Positions 33,620 to 44,746 of a DNA stretch of 64,000 bases are shown one piece after another (positions within the stretch are counted from its first letter, which is position 1; each line of letters starts with the position of its first letter). Position numbers and translations under genes: made by a program. The notes beneath the pieces were generated by a model, which ran no database searches, was not told the origin of the DNA, and saw only the letters and a list, made by a program, of their open reading frames with translations. The stretch comes from Rebecca billardiae RCC1528 (taxonomy: Eukaryota > Protista > Haptophyta), in contig OZ251251.1 of NCBI GenBank assembly GCA_965240325.2, forward strand, positions 1-64,000, in the 5' to 3' direction.

Positions 33620-35506
33620 ATGCGCGCGCCGTTCCGGCTCTCCGACGGCTCGCCGCCCGCGCGCGTGCGCGCGCACGACCCGCTCGACGTGGCGGACATC
33701 GCGCACCCGCAGCGCTACGCGCCCGCCCGCCACTCGCCGCCGCGCGCGCCGCCGCCGCACGCGCCCGGCGGCGGCGCCCACGGCGGCGACTCCTCCGGGT
33801 ACGCGCACGATGGCGGCATCCATGGCGGCGGCGGCCCGCACGTCGCGTACGCGCACCGCCACCCCGCACCGCCGCCGCTCGACCCCGCCGCCGCCGCGTA
33901 CTGGGGCGGCCATGCTGATTCTCTCGAGGAGTTCATCGCGCCCGGCGCTCGGTTCAGGGCGCCCCGCCCGCCGGCGCAGGGGATCCTGCCGGTGGGTCCG
34001 GGGGCGCGGGACGACGCGCGCGCGGCGTACGCGGCGGGGTACGCCGGACCCGTCGGCCACGGCGGCCTCTGGACCCTCCCGGACCCGCACCACCACCGCC
34101 ACCGCCAGCGGCGCGCGCACGGCGGCGGCGGCGCCGAGCCCGGCGCCGAAACCGAAATCGCTTCGCCGCCGCCGCCGCCGAAGGGTCTGAGCTACGACGA
34201 GGCGCGCTCGCGGCAGCGGCAGTTCCAGCACGCCGCGCCGCCGCGCCCCGTCCCCGCCCCCGCGGGCGCGCGCCAGCCCCCCTTCCTCGCCGCCCACCCG
34301 CGCGGCACAGACCCGCTGGCTCCGGAGTACGGAGTCGTGCACGGCGACGCGGTGGGCGCGGTGGCGGCGGTGGGGGCGGGGCGGCGGGAGGGGCGGCGGG
34401 GCGGGCAGGGCGCGGCGGAGGGCGGGGGTGAGGGCGGCGCGGTGGACGCGGCGGACGCGCAGGCGGCCGCCGACGCCGCCGCGCGCCACGCGCGCGACGC
34501 GGAGCGCGCCGCCGCGCACGCGCGCGCGCCGCGCCCGCCGCAGCCCTCCACCATGCGCGCCTACGACGTCGACGGCGCCGCGCCCGGCTCGGCGGCGCAT
34601 CTGGCCGCCTCGCGCCGCGTGGCGCTGCAGCGCGCGCGCGCGGCGCAGGCGCAGGCGCAGCAGCAGGCGCCGCACTGGCAACCGCAGCCGCACGCCCACG
34701 GCGCCAGCGCCGCCGCCAACGCCGCCGCCGCGCGCACGGCCGCGGCCGCGGCCGCGGCGGAGGCGGAGGCGGAGGCGGAGGGCGTCGCCGCCGCCTTCTC
34801 CTCGCCCGAGGCGCGCGCGGGCGCGCCGTACCCGTACTACGGCGCGCACGCGCACGCGCCCGACGCGGCGCGGCTCGCGGCGGAGGCGGCGGCGCAGCCG
34901 GTCGCGGGCACGCGCGTGCGCGCGCGGCCGCACGGCGCGGCGCGCGCGCACGGCGGCGGCGCGCCGGGCGGCGCGGGCGCGGGCTGCTGGGATGACGCGG
35001 CGGGCGCCGCGCCGCCGCCGCCGGCCGAGCGGGCGCGGCAGCAGCAGCCGCCGCCGGCCGCGCTGCGCACACACCTGCGCTTCGGGCCGGGCGGCGTCGG
35101 CGTCGACGACACCGACGCGCCGCGCGCCGGCGGCGCCGCACTCGGCGCTGGCATGCGCCACTACGCACCTGACGCGGTGCGCGCGGCGCGCACGCACATT
35201 GCGTTTGCGCATGGCTCGGTCGGTGTGCTGGCGACGGCGGACGCGGCGGCGGCGGCGGCGGCCGGGCAGCGCTCGGCGGCGCACGCTGGCGACGCGGCGG
35301 ACGCGGCGGGCGCGCGCGCGGACAGCCGCGGCGGCGGCGGCCGCCCGTCCGGACTCCGCCACTTCCCGCCCGGACTTTCGGCCGCGCGCACGCAGATTGC
35401 GTTTGGCGAGGGCGGCGTCGGCGTGCCGCCCGCGCAGGGCGGCGCGCGCGCGGGCCGGCGCGCCGCGCCCGCGGGCACGCGCGGCGCCTCGCTCGTGCTC
35501 GGCTGA
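33620..35506 (+). CDS. Uncharacterised protein with short repeated motifs (possibly cytoskeleton/cilium-associated)
   Basis: Single ORF. Motifs DPLDVADI, RGTDPLAPEY and YDVDGAAPG; repeated THLRFG/THIAF/TQIAFG; C-terminal SLVLG*. Function is a guess. Confidence 0.55.
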   Translation: MRAPFRLSDGSPPARVRAHDPLDVADIAHPQRYAPARHSPPRAPPPHAPGGGAHGGDSSGYAHDGGIHGGGGPHVAYAHRHPAPPPLDPAAAAYWGGHADSLEEFIAPGARFRAPRPPAQGILPVGPGARDDARAAYAAGYAGPVGHGGLWTLPDPHHHRHRQRRAHGGGGAEPGAETEIASPPPPPKGLSYDEARSRQRQFQHAAPPRPVPAPAGARQPPFLAAHPRGTDPLAPEYGVVHGDAVGAVAAVGAGRREGRRGGQGAAEGGGEGGAVDAADAQAAADAAARHARDAERAAAHARAPRPPQPSTMRAYDVDGAAPGSAAHLAASRRVALQRARAAQAQAQQQAPHWQPQPHAHGASAAANAAAARTAAAAAAAEAEAEAEGVAAAFSSPEARAGAPYPYYGAHAHAPDAARLAAEAAAQPVAGTRVRARPHGAARAHGGGAPGGAGAGCWDDAAGAAPPPPAERARQQQPPPAALRTHLRFGPGGVGVDDTDAPRAGGAALGAGMRHYAPDAVRAARTHIAFAHGSVGVLATADAAAAAAAGQRSAAHAGDAADAAGARADSRGGGGRPSGLRHFPPGLSAARTQIAFGEGGVGVPPAQGGARAGRRAAPAGTRGASLVLG

Positions 35507-36239
35507 GCGCGGCTGTCGGGCGGGGCGGAAGTGTGACGCCTGTCGAACGAGTCGGGTCAGGCGGGGAGCATTTCTCTCGTCTCAGCTGCCGGCAGCGGGC
35601 CGCCGGGGCACGGCGCCGTACGACGCCGACATCGGCGCGCGCTGTTGAATGGCTGCGTTATATTGTCCCGCCTGATTCGGGTACGCCGCCTCGGACAGCG
35701 CGCATCATTGATTATCGTCATATATATATAGTACAGCGCGCGCTCGGCAGTGACAAGCCGGCAGATTGAGCATAATCCGAGCGGCTGGCAGCGCGCATAT
35801 TAGTGCTGCATGGTGGAAGTCAGCCAGTCGTCGGCTCCGAGACCGCGGCTTGGCCCGCTTCGGCGCCCTTGCCTTGGCGGGCCTTGGCCTTGCGCGGCAT
35901 TTAGCCTTGCGGCGTCATCGCGGAGGCGGCTGCTGCTGACTACGATGAATATTATTATTTATTTGGTGGCGCGCGTGACGATCAGAAGCACTAAACGACG
36001 CTCTGCTAGCTGCTGCTATACGACTGCTGCTTGAGATTCGGCCACCTGATCGGTGGTCATCGTGCCCTGCTAAGCTGCGCTCTTCGCTGATGATGATGAT
36101 GGCATCGTCACTGTGATGACCGCTGATTCGGGACGCGTCCACTCTGCGCGCCGCCGAGATTCCGCGGGCCCGCCTGATGCCAGCAGGCGGGCACTCGCTA
36201 CCGGCGCGCGACCAGCCGCAGGGCTAACCATGCGCGTTG

Positions 36240-36707
36240 TCACTTCCCCGCGCCCTTGAGGCCCGTCTTCTTGCCGGACGCCGCATCCCCAGGGTCAGGC
36301 TTCACCTTGGGCGGCGGCGACGCGTACGGGTCAGCGCCGCCCTTTGCGCCAACGCCGAGTGCGCCGTCGGAGTCGATGAGCGTGAGCGCCTCGACGGCGA
36401 GGTTGAGCTTGGCGGCGACGTCCGCCACGCGCCGCCGCTGCTCCTTCTCCTGCTCGCGCCGGTAGATCTCGAAGAGCCACGCCGCGGAATAGCTCGCATT
36501 CCCGCGCACGCCGTCTGCATTCTCGATCCCAAAGCGCTTCTTGGCGATCTCCTTGATCGCTGGGAGCGTGAGGGCCTTGAGGGCGTCGAGGTACTTGTCG
36601 CGCCCCTTGCCGGCGTCCGGGGAGTCGAGGCCGAGCAGGGCGGTCAGCCGCTCGAGGTCCTGCGCCGAGAAGCACGCGAGCAGAGGGCTCAGGTCGGCCT
36701 CGGACAT
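36240..36707 (-). CDS. 155-aa orphan protein, helical, with a possible HeH/SAP/Rho-N-like segment
   Basis: Normal-complexity ORF with GC3-biased codons and segment LKALTLPAIKEIAKKRFGI. Divergent from the F-box gene at 36924. Confidence 0.55.
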   Translation of the reverse strand: MSEADLSPLLACFSAQDLERLTALLGLDSPDAGKGRDKYLDALKALTLPAIKEIAKKRFGIENADGVRGNASYSAAWLFEIYRREQEKEQRRRVADVAAKLNLAVEALTLIDSDGALGVGAKGGADPYASPPPKVKPDPGDAASGKKTGLKGAGK

Positions 36708-36923
36708 GGCGGACGGCTGCCAACGCTGGCCTTGCCCACCGCAGCACTCGTGTCGGGTCCTCAGCGTGATGCGCGCGTCTCACAGCCGGCGGCAGAGGAC
36801 TGCGCAAGCTGAATGTGCAGGACTGCGACCCGCGAAAGTCCGGCCAGCAGGCGGCGTGCGTGCGCTCACTGCTACCGGTAGAGAATGGCCAACCGTCATC
36901 CTCTCCCGATGACGCTCGTCGGT

Positions 36924-38426
36924 ATGTCCTCCGCCGCCCCCGCCGCCGCGCGCTCGCTGGCCGACCTACCGCCCGACGTGCTCGAGCGGGTCCTGAGCGT
37001 GCTGCCGTCGGCGCGCGACCTCGCAAGCGCCAATGCCGAGTCGCGCCTCTTCCGTGGCGCGCCGCCTGGCGGCCGCTCGCCGCTCGAGCGCGCGCTGCGC
37101 GAGCGCTCGCTGGCGCGCGGGCACGCGCGCTGGCTGCCGGAGGCGCTGCCCACGGGCGTGCGCACGTGGATCGAGGAGCTGCTTGGGCGCGATCGCGTGT
37201 GCGAGCTCGCGCACGCTCACGCGAGCGTCGTCGCCGTGGCGTACGCGGCCCTCCACGAGCGGTCACTCCTGAGCGCGTTTGTGGACGCTGACGGCGGGCT
37301 GCACACGTGCGGCGAGAATCACGAGTACTCGGCGATAATGACTCATCTGTCGGATGCGGTCCATGGGCACCCTGGCCAGCCCGCGGTCCTTGTACCGAGA
37401 CGCGTCACCTCGCTCAGCGCGGTGCGCGTGCGTGCCGTTGCTGCGGGTGGGTTCCACCTGCTCGCGCTGAGCGAGGCCGGCGCCGTGTACAGCTGCGGCA
37501 GCAACTTGAACGGCCAGCTCGGGCTGGGCGACCGCGTCGTGCGTCCGACGCCCGTGCACGTCGTGGCGTTGTCCTCCGAGTGCGTGGTGGGCATCTGTGC
37601 GGGTAAGTACCACAGCCTCGCCCTCACAGCAGCGGGGTGTGTGTACGGCTGGGGCGACAACAATTACCGCCAGCTCGGGCGCGACGCGGACACTTACGAG
37701 GAGGGCGACGACGGCTGGGTGACTTATACTCGGCTGGAGCCGGCGCGCATCAAGGCGTTGAAGGGCGTGCGCGTGGGTGGCATCTCCGCTTGGCGAAACC
37801 GCACGCTACTGCTGACAGTCGGCGGCGCCGTGTACACCTGCGGTGAAGGCTGCGGCCAGAAAGATGGCACCCCTGAGCACGACACTGCACTGAGCGCGGT
37901 GCGTCCCGTGCACGTGAGCGCGGGCAACGGCTTCTTCCTGCTGGTCGACGGGTTGGGCGACGTGTACTCCACTGGCGTGTACCCGCCTCGGGCTGATGAA
38001 CGGCGCCGGAGCTCTCACCGCACGCCCGCGCGCGTGGACGGTCTGGCGGGCGTGCGCGCAGTGCGCACATGTGCTGGGCCCTACGCGGCAGCCATCCTGA
38101 GCGCGGACGGCGGCGTGTACACGGTTGGGTACCACGAATGGCACATCAGCCTCAGCCCGAGCGGGCTCTCCCGCATCACGCCTTTGCGCGTGCCGATGCC
38201 TGCTAATACCCGCGTGGTCGAGTGCGCGCTTGGCTACGTCCACGCGCTGTTTGTGACGTCGGACGGCGCCGTGCACTCGTGCGGCGATCACTCGGGCGCT
38301 CTCGGCCGCGGCGTGCAGAGCGTGGACACCGAGATCAACGTCGAGACGGACCATCCCATCGAGCAGGTGCCGCTGGGGCTGGTGGAGCGGCTGCCTGCCG
38401 TGCGCGTCGGGCTGTCCTGGACCTGA
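36924..38426 (+). CDS. F-box + RCC1 propeller protein, intronless, diverged paralog
   Basis: LADLPPDVLERVLSVLPSARDLASAN..RLF F-box. RCC1 repeats (AAGGFHLLALSEAGAVYSCGSNLNGQLGLG; AGKYHSLALTAAGCVYGWGDNNYRQLG); blades 4-6 remodelled. Upstream ATGs at 36885/36909 are alternatives. Confidence 0.88.
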   Translation: MSSAAPAAARSLADLPPDVLERVLSVLPSARDLASANAESRLFRGAPPGGRSPLERALRERSLARGHARWLPEALPTGVRTWIEELLGRDRVCELAHAHASVVAVAYAALHERSLLSAFVDADGGLHTCGENHEYSAIMTHLSDAVHGHPGQPAVLVPRRVTSLSAVRVRAVAAGGFHLLALSEAGAVYSCGSNLNGQLGLGDRVVRPTPVHVVALSSECVVGICAGKYHSLALTAAGCVYGWGDNNYRQLGRDADTYEEGDDGWVTYTRLEPARIKALKGVRVGGISAWRNRTLLLTVGGAVYTCGEGCGQKDGTPEHDTALSAVRPVHVSAGNGFFLLVDGLGDVYSTGVYPPRADERRRSSHRTPARVDGLAGVRAVRTCAGPYAAAILSADGGVYTVGYHEWHISLSPSGLSRITPLRVPMPANTRVVECALGYVHALFVTSDGAVHSCGDHSGALGRGVQSVDTEINVETDHPIEQVPLGLVERLPAVRVGLSWT

Positions 38427-38923
38427 GCAACGTGCCGCGCTGCCTGCGCAGGCGACTGCCGAGCCGCTGTCGTCGTCGATCGCCGCGGCCTGTGCCAGCG
38501 GCCACCGATCGGAGCCGCCGGCCGGAGCGTCAAATAATCTTAGATATGGTAGCCTTCGAATATACGGTTCCGGCCGCCGCGTTTAAGAATTCACCAGCAT
38601 CACGCGGTTTGGGCGCGCGTTGCGAACGTCACTTAGTATCGGAGACTACGACGTCAGCTCGCAGCATCGTCGTCGTGAGCTAATTCGACCAGTCCACCGG
38701 CCCCAACCGCCATCATCCCGAAGCAGCTCAGAATCTCGCATGCAGCCAATCGCGTGGCAGCGCACCCACCCGCGTGGCGGTCTCAGAGCCCCTGCTCGCC
38801 GCTGCTGCTAGCGCGTGCGCGTGTCGATTCGCGCCGCCCGCACGCTCGCCGCGCGCCGGGCGCGCACGCTGCACGCGCCGAGCGCCTCCGCACGCGGCGC
38901 ACGAGCTTCCGAACGCACGCGCC

Positions 38924-39090
38924 ATGCCGCTGAGCGCCTCGCCCGACGGCGCGGGCGCCGCGGCCGCGGCGGCGCGCGCCCGCCCGGCGCCGCTCGCCGC
39001 GGCGGGCGAGCGCGCCGCGCGCGGCGCGCACGGTGTCGCGCGCGCCGAGCCGTCCGACGACGCCTCGCCCCTCCGCACCGACCCCGCCAT

Positions 39091-39128
<38 letters not shown>

Positions 39129-42100
39129 CCTCGGCCGCCACCGCCGCCGACGCGGGCGGCGGTGCGGCGCACTCGCTCGAGCGCGTGCGCGCCTCCGTGA
39201 TCGGCAGCGAGGTGGCGATGGCGACGCCGTTCGGCGCGCGCCGGCTGGTGTACGCGGACTACACGGCGTCGGGCCGCGCGCTCGACTTCATCGAGCGCCG
39301 CATCGCCGAGGAGGTGCTGCGCCGCGCCCGCAGCCCGCCGCTCGAGCGCGCGCGCCCGCGCGCCACCGCGCGCCACTGCGGCGCAGCAGCAGCTCACAGG
39401 GAGCGCGCTGCGCGGCCGCCCCCCCGGCGGCGTGCCCGGCCGCGGCGCGGTGCGCAGGTGCTGCCGCTGTACGGCAACGTGCACACCTCCACCTCGCGCG
39501 CGGGCTCGCAGACCTCGCTGTACCGCGCAGAGGCGCGCGAGATCGTGCTCCGAGCGGTGCGCCGCGCACAGCGCCGCGCACCGCCGCGCACCGCCGCGCA
39601 CCGCCGCACACCGCGCAGCTGCGAGCATTGCGTGCGTGTGTGTGTGTGTGTGTGTGCTTGGAAAAGAGCGCCAGCCGGATGATGAGCATTGTCGGCCGTG
39701 CCGCACGCCTCCGCTCACGCCCGCCCAACCCTTCCGCGCCCCGTGCATCCCCCACCCCCGCAGCTGGGCGGCGGCGCGCACGACGCCCTCCTCTTCGTGG
39801 GCAGCGGCGCCACCGCCGCGATGAACCGGCTGGTCGAGCTGCTCGGCCTCCACGGCGGCGGACACCCGGGGCAGCCGGGAGGGTCCCCGGGGGACGGCGC
39901 TCCGACTCCGCACGCGGAGGGCGGTGGCTCCGGGGGCTCGCGCCAGGACGCGCGCGCTGGGCGCGCGGCTGTGCATGCCGCGGCGGACGCGGGCGCGGCC
40001 GAGGGCGCGGGCGCGGGCCCCGCGCAGGCCGGCGCGCCGGGCGGCGGACACGCCGCTGGGGCGAGCGCGCCGCAGCCGCCGCTCCGGCCGCCCACCGCCG
40101 GCTCGGTCGCCGAGCGCGCGGCGCGCTCGCCGGGCGTGCCCGCCGCGCCGGGCGCGGCGGGCGGCGTCGGGCGCGCGCACGCCCCGCCCTACATTCCCTA
40201 CAGCTCGCGCCACCCGATGGCGCGCGAGCCCGCGGCCGAGGCGCGCGGCGCGGACGCGGGCGCGCGCGACGCCGCGGCGTGGGCGCGCGGCGGATGCGGC
40301 GGCGCGGGTGCGGCCGCGCCAGCGGCGGGCGCGGCGCCGCTCCCGCCGCCGCACCTGCCGCGCGCCGTCTGCTTCCTTGGCCCGTGGGAGCACCACTCGT
40401 CGCTGCTCCCGTGGCGGGAGTCTGGCGCGACGGTCGTTCAGATCGGCGCGCGCCGCGCGCGCGTGCGCGTGCTCGCCTCGCTCGCCGACGCGGCGGCGCC
40501 GGCGGCGGCAGCGCCGGCGGCGGCGGCGGGCGGCGAGGAGGAGGGCGCGGGATGGTGCTGGGAGGTGGACTGGGCGCAGCTCGAGGCCGCGCTGCGCGCC
40601 CACGCGCACTGGCCGCTCAAGGTGGGCGTCTTCAGGTGCGCTCTGCTTTCTGTGAGGGCGAGGGTTCGGGGGTAGGGGTAGGGTGTGGCTGGCCGCCGCA
40701 CGGCGGCGCGCGGCGACGCACGCGCCTGCCGTGTCCACCGCGGTGCCGCACTGCGCGCGCGCGCGCGCTCGAAGCGGCCGTGGTGCCTGCCAGGCGGTCT
40801 GTGTGTCACGCGCGCGCCCTCGGCTGCACTCGGGCGCGCGGCGTGGCGTCGGCGCGCGCCGCCGCCCTCCTGAGCTGCCGACCCCCCCCCGCCCCACGCC
40901 CACGCCCACGCCCTGCAGCGCGGCCTCCAACCTCGACGGCAGCATGGCCGCCCTCGACCGGCTGGCCGTGACGTTGCACGCGTGGGGCGCGCTCGCCGTC
41001 TTTGACTGCGCGTCTCTGGCGCCGCACGGGCTGGGCGGCGGCGGTGGCGGCGGGTGCAGTGGAGCGCTGCACATGAACCCGACGTCCCTGCTGCTGCCCG
41101 TCGAGTGGGCCGCGCCCGGCGGCGGCCCTTGCGCCTCCGCCGCACACGCACACGCGCACGCACCCGGAAGCAGCGGCGGCGGCGGCGCTGTGCACTCGAG
41201 CGTGTACGCGCGCATGGTGGACGGGCGATGGCTGCCGCTCGGCTATCGAGACGCGATTGTGTTCGCACCGCACAAGGTGCCGCCGCGCACACCCGCGCGG
41301 CGCACGCGCCCCCGCGCGCCCGCCCGTCCAGCGGCTGCGCACCGCCGCCCCCAACCCACGCGTCCACGCCCGCGCCCGCGCGCCCGCAGCTGCCGGGCGG
41401 GCCGCAGACGCCGGGTGTGCTCGCGCTCAAGCGCGCGCTGGTCGCGCCCAACAGCCGCCCCGCGCGGCCCGGCGGCGGCACCGTCTTCTTCGTCTCGGAG
41501 GCGGGGCACCGGTGCGGCGCGCGCGCCCCGCCCGGCGCCCTGCAGTGCCCACGACCCCTGCCCGCCTGCTCGGCACCGCCCTGCCGCGTTGCCGCCGCCG
41601 CCGCGCGCCGCCGCTCACGCCCGCGCGCCGCGCTCGCGCCGCGCTCGCGCCGCGCTCGCAGCTACGTGTCGGCGGTGGAGGAGCGCGAGGAGGGCGGCAC
41701 GCCCGACGTGGTGGGCAGCATCCGCGCGGCGCTGGCCGTGCAGGCGCAGGCGCGGCTGGGCGCGCGCGCCGTCGCCGCCGCCGAGCGCTCGCTCTTTCGG
41801 TGCGCAGCCGCAACGCAACGCAGCCGCTGCCGCAGCCGTGGCCGCAGCCGACCGGCACGGCGCCGCGCGGCTCGGCCAGCCCCGCCTGCCCGCCCCCCCC
41901 TCTCCCGCGCGCGCGCGCCATCCGCGGTCACACGCGCGCCCCGCCCCGCCCCGCGCGGCGCGGCGGCAGGAGCGTGCTGGGCTGGGCGGACGGCTGCGCG
42001 GAGCTCGCCGTGTGCGGGGGACTGGGAGGGCTGCCGCTGCGGCCGCTGCGGCCGCGCGGCGGCGCGGGCGAGGCGGCGGAGGCGGCGAGCGCGGCGGCGG

Positions 42101-44707
42101 CTGAGGCGGAGGCGGCTGGGGAGGCGGTGGGCTCGCCCGCGCACCGGGTGCCCACCCTCTCGCTGATGCTGCGCTATGCGCCGGACTTGGGCGGCCACGG
42201 GCACGGCGGCGGCGGCGGCGGCGCGCTGCCGCCGCGGCTGCGTCCAGCGGCGCGCGCCGCGGCGGCCGCGGCCGCGGCGGCCGGCGCCGACGCGGACGGC
42301 GCGGCGGACGCGGCGCTCGCGTCGAGTGCGGAGGAGGCGGCGGCGCTCGCGGCGGCGCGCGCGCGGTGGCGCACGTCCGCGCAGCACGAGATCCGGATCT
42401 GTCCGGGCGATGTCGCCGACGATTCCGCCGCCAGCGCCGACGGCGGCGGCGCCGACGGCGGCGGGTCCGCGAACGGCGGCGGTGCGTTGGGTGGCGGCGC
42501 GTCGGCCAACGGTGTCGGCCGTGGCGCGGCGCGCGCGCGCTGGTTGCACCCCAACTTTGTGTGCGCGCTGCTCAACGACCTGTTCGGCGTGCAGGTGCGC
42601 GCTCGCCGCGCGCGCGGCCGCGCACCGCCGCGCACCGCTGCGCCCGGCGTCGGCCGCCCGCGCCCGCTGCCCGGCGCCGCTGCCGCCCTGCGCGGCAGGC
42701 GTGGGGTGCTGTGCTGCCATGCGCTGCCGCCATGCGCAGCAGGCGTGGGGTGCTGTGCTGCCATGCGCTGCCGCCATGCGCAGCAGGCGTGGGGTGCTGT
42801 GCTGCCATGCGCTGCCGCCATGCGCGCGGCGGCGCGCACACACGCGTCGCGCACAGCGCCCGCGCGTGCCGCCCACGCGCGCGCCCTCGCCGCGCCGCGC
42901 GTGTGCCATCGCCGCAGGCGCGCGGCGGGTGCGCATGCGCCGGGCCGCACGCGCAGCGGCTGCTTGGGCTGTCGCACGCGCGCTCCGCGCAGCTCGAGGC
43001 GGCGCTGGTGGCGGGCGCGGCCGCGCCGGGCGACGCCGCCGCCGCTCGGCCCGCGCCGCGCGCCTCCACGCAGCCGGCCGCCGCCGCCAAGCCTACCCCC
43101 AGCCCGACTCCGCTGCCGGCTGCGCCTGAGGTGGTGCGGCCGGGCGTGTGCCGCCTCTCTCTCTCCTACGCCATGGTGCGCGCTGCGCGTGGAACTGTAT
43201 GCGGCGTGTGTAATTGTGTGCTGCGCGTGTAACGGTATGCTGCGTGTGTAACGGTATGCTGCGTGTGTAACGGTATACTGCGTGTGTACCGCGTGCTGTG
43301 TGTACCGCGCGTGTGCGTGTGTGCGCGTGTTCGTGCGCGCTGCGGGCTGCGCTGTGTGTGTGCCCTGCGCACCGCCGCTGCGCACGGCGGCAGCAGCGGC
43401 GCTGCGCGCACCCGCGCAGTGCACCGCACAGTGCGCCGCCGCGCGCGCGCCCGCCCGCCCGCGCTCACGGCACGCCGCGCGCGCTCGCCGCCGCGCCGCC
43501 GCCGCGCAGACGGCGGAGGACGCGCGCGTCGTGGGCGCCGCGCTGGCGTGGGTCTGCGCGCACGGCTGGAAGCTGCTGCCGCTGTACGCGCCGACCCCCG
43601 AGACGGGCGAGTGGGTGTACCGTTACGGCGGTTACAGGAAGGGCGCGGCGGGCGGCGGCGGCACGGCGTGGGGCCGGCGCTGGCTGCATGCGCGGCCCGC
43701 GGGCGCGCCGCCGCCGCCGCCCGCCGCCACGCCGCGCACCGCCGAGGCGCTGCTCGCCGCGGCGGACGAGGCGCTCGCCGCCGCGCTCGCGTCGCCCGAG
43801 CTGCTCGGTCGCGCGCTGCGCGCGCGCGCGGGCGCCGCCGCGCCGCCCGAGCTCGCAGACACGGACACGCTGTGCGCACGGTGCGCGCGCACACGCGCGC
43901 GAGCGCCGCGCGCGTGCGAGCGCCGCCGCCGCCGCGCCGCCGCCGCCGCTGCGCTCACGCCGCCGCCGCCCCGCGCGCGCGCCACCGTGGCCGCGGCCGC
44001 GCAGGCTGCCGCCGGCGGAGCGCGAGGCTCTGGGCGGATGGTTCGCAACCCCCGCCGCCGCTTGGCGCGACCTGCGCGCCGCCGGCGCGCACGCCGCGCC
44101 GCCGCCGCCGCCGCCGCCGCTCGCGCCGCCGCCGGTGGCCGCGGCGGCGCTGCCGCCGCCGCCGCGCGGCGCGGAAATTGCGGCGGGCGGCGACGGCGGC
44201 GCGCCGAGCGCGCGCGCCGCGCCGAGCGCCGCGCGCGCGCTGTGCGCCGCGGCGTGGCGGCACGCGCGCCGCGCCGCCGCGCTGGCGACCGCGCCGCACC
44301 GCGCCGCCGGCCGCGCGGCGTGGGCGCTCCTCGCCGCCGCGCTCGCCGCGCCGCGCCGCGCCGCCGGCGGCGCGCTCGGCGCCGCCGGCCGCGCGGCCGG
44401 CGCGTGCCGGCTGGCGCGCGCCGCGCCGCGCGCGTGCGCGCGCGCGCTGCGCGCCGCGGCGCGCGCGCTCGACGGCGGCGCGGCCGACGCGGCGAGCCTC
44501 GCCGCGGGCGTCGGCGCGGCGGACACCGCCGCCGCCGCCGCCGCCAAGCGGCTGCGCGGCGCGGCCACCCCCACCACGGCCGAGCCGCGCGGCCGCGCGG
44601 AGCGCGCGCGCGCCGCCGCGGCCTTCGGCGCGGCGTCGGGCGCGGCGGGGCGGCGGCGGAGCAGCTGCGAGCCGCCGACGCCGCCGCCGCTGCCGCCCGT
44701 CGCCGCG

Positions 44708-44746
<39 letters not shown>

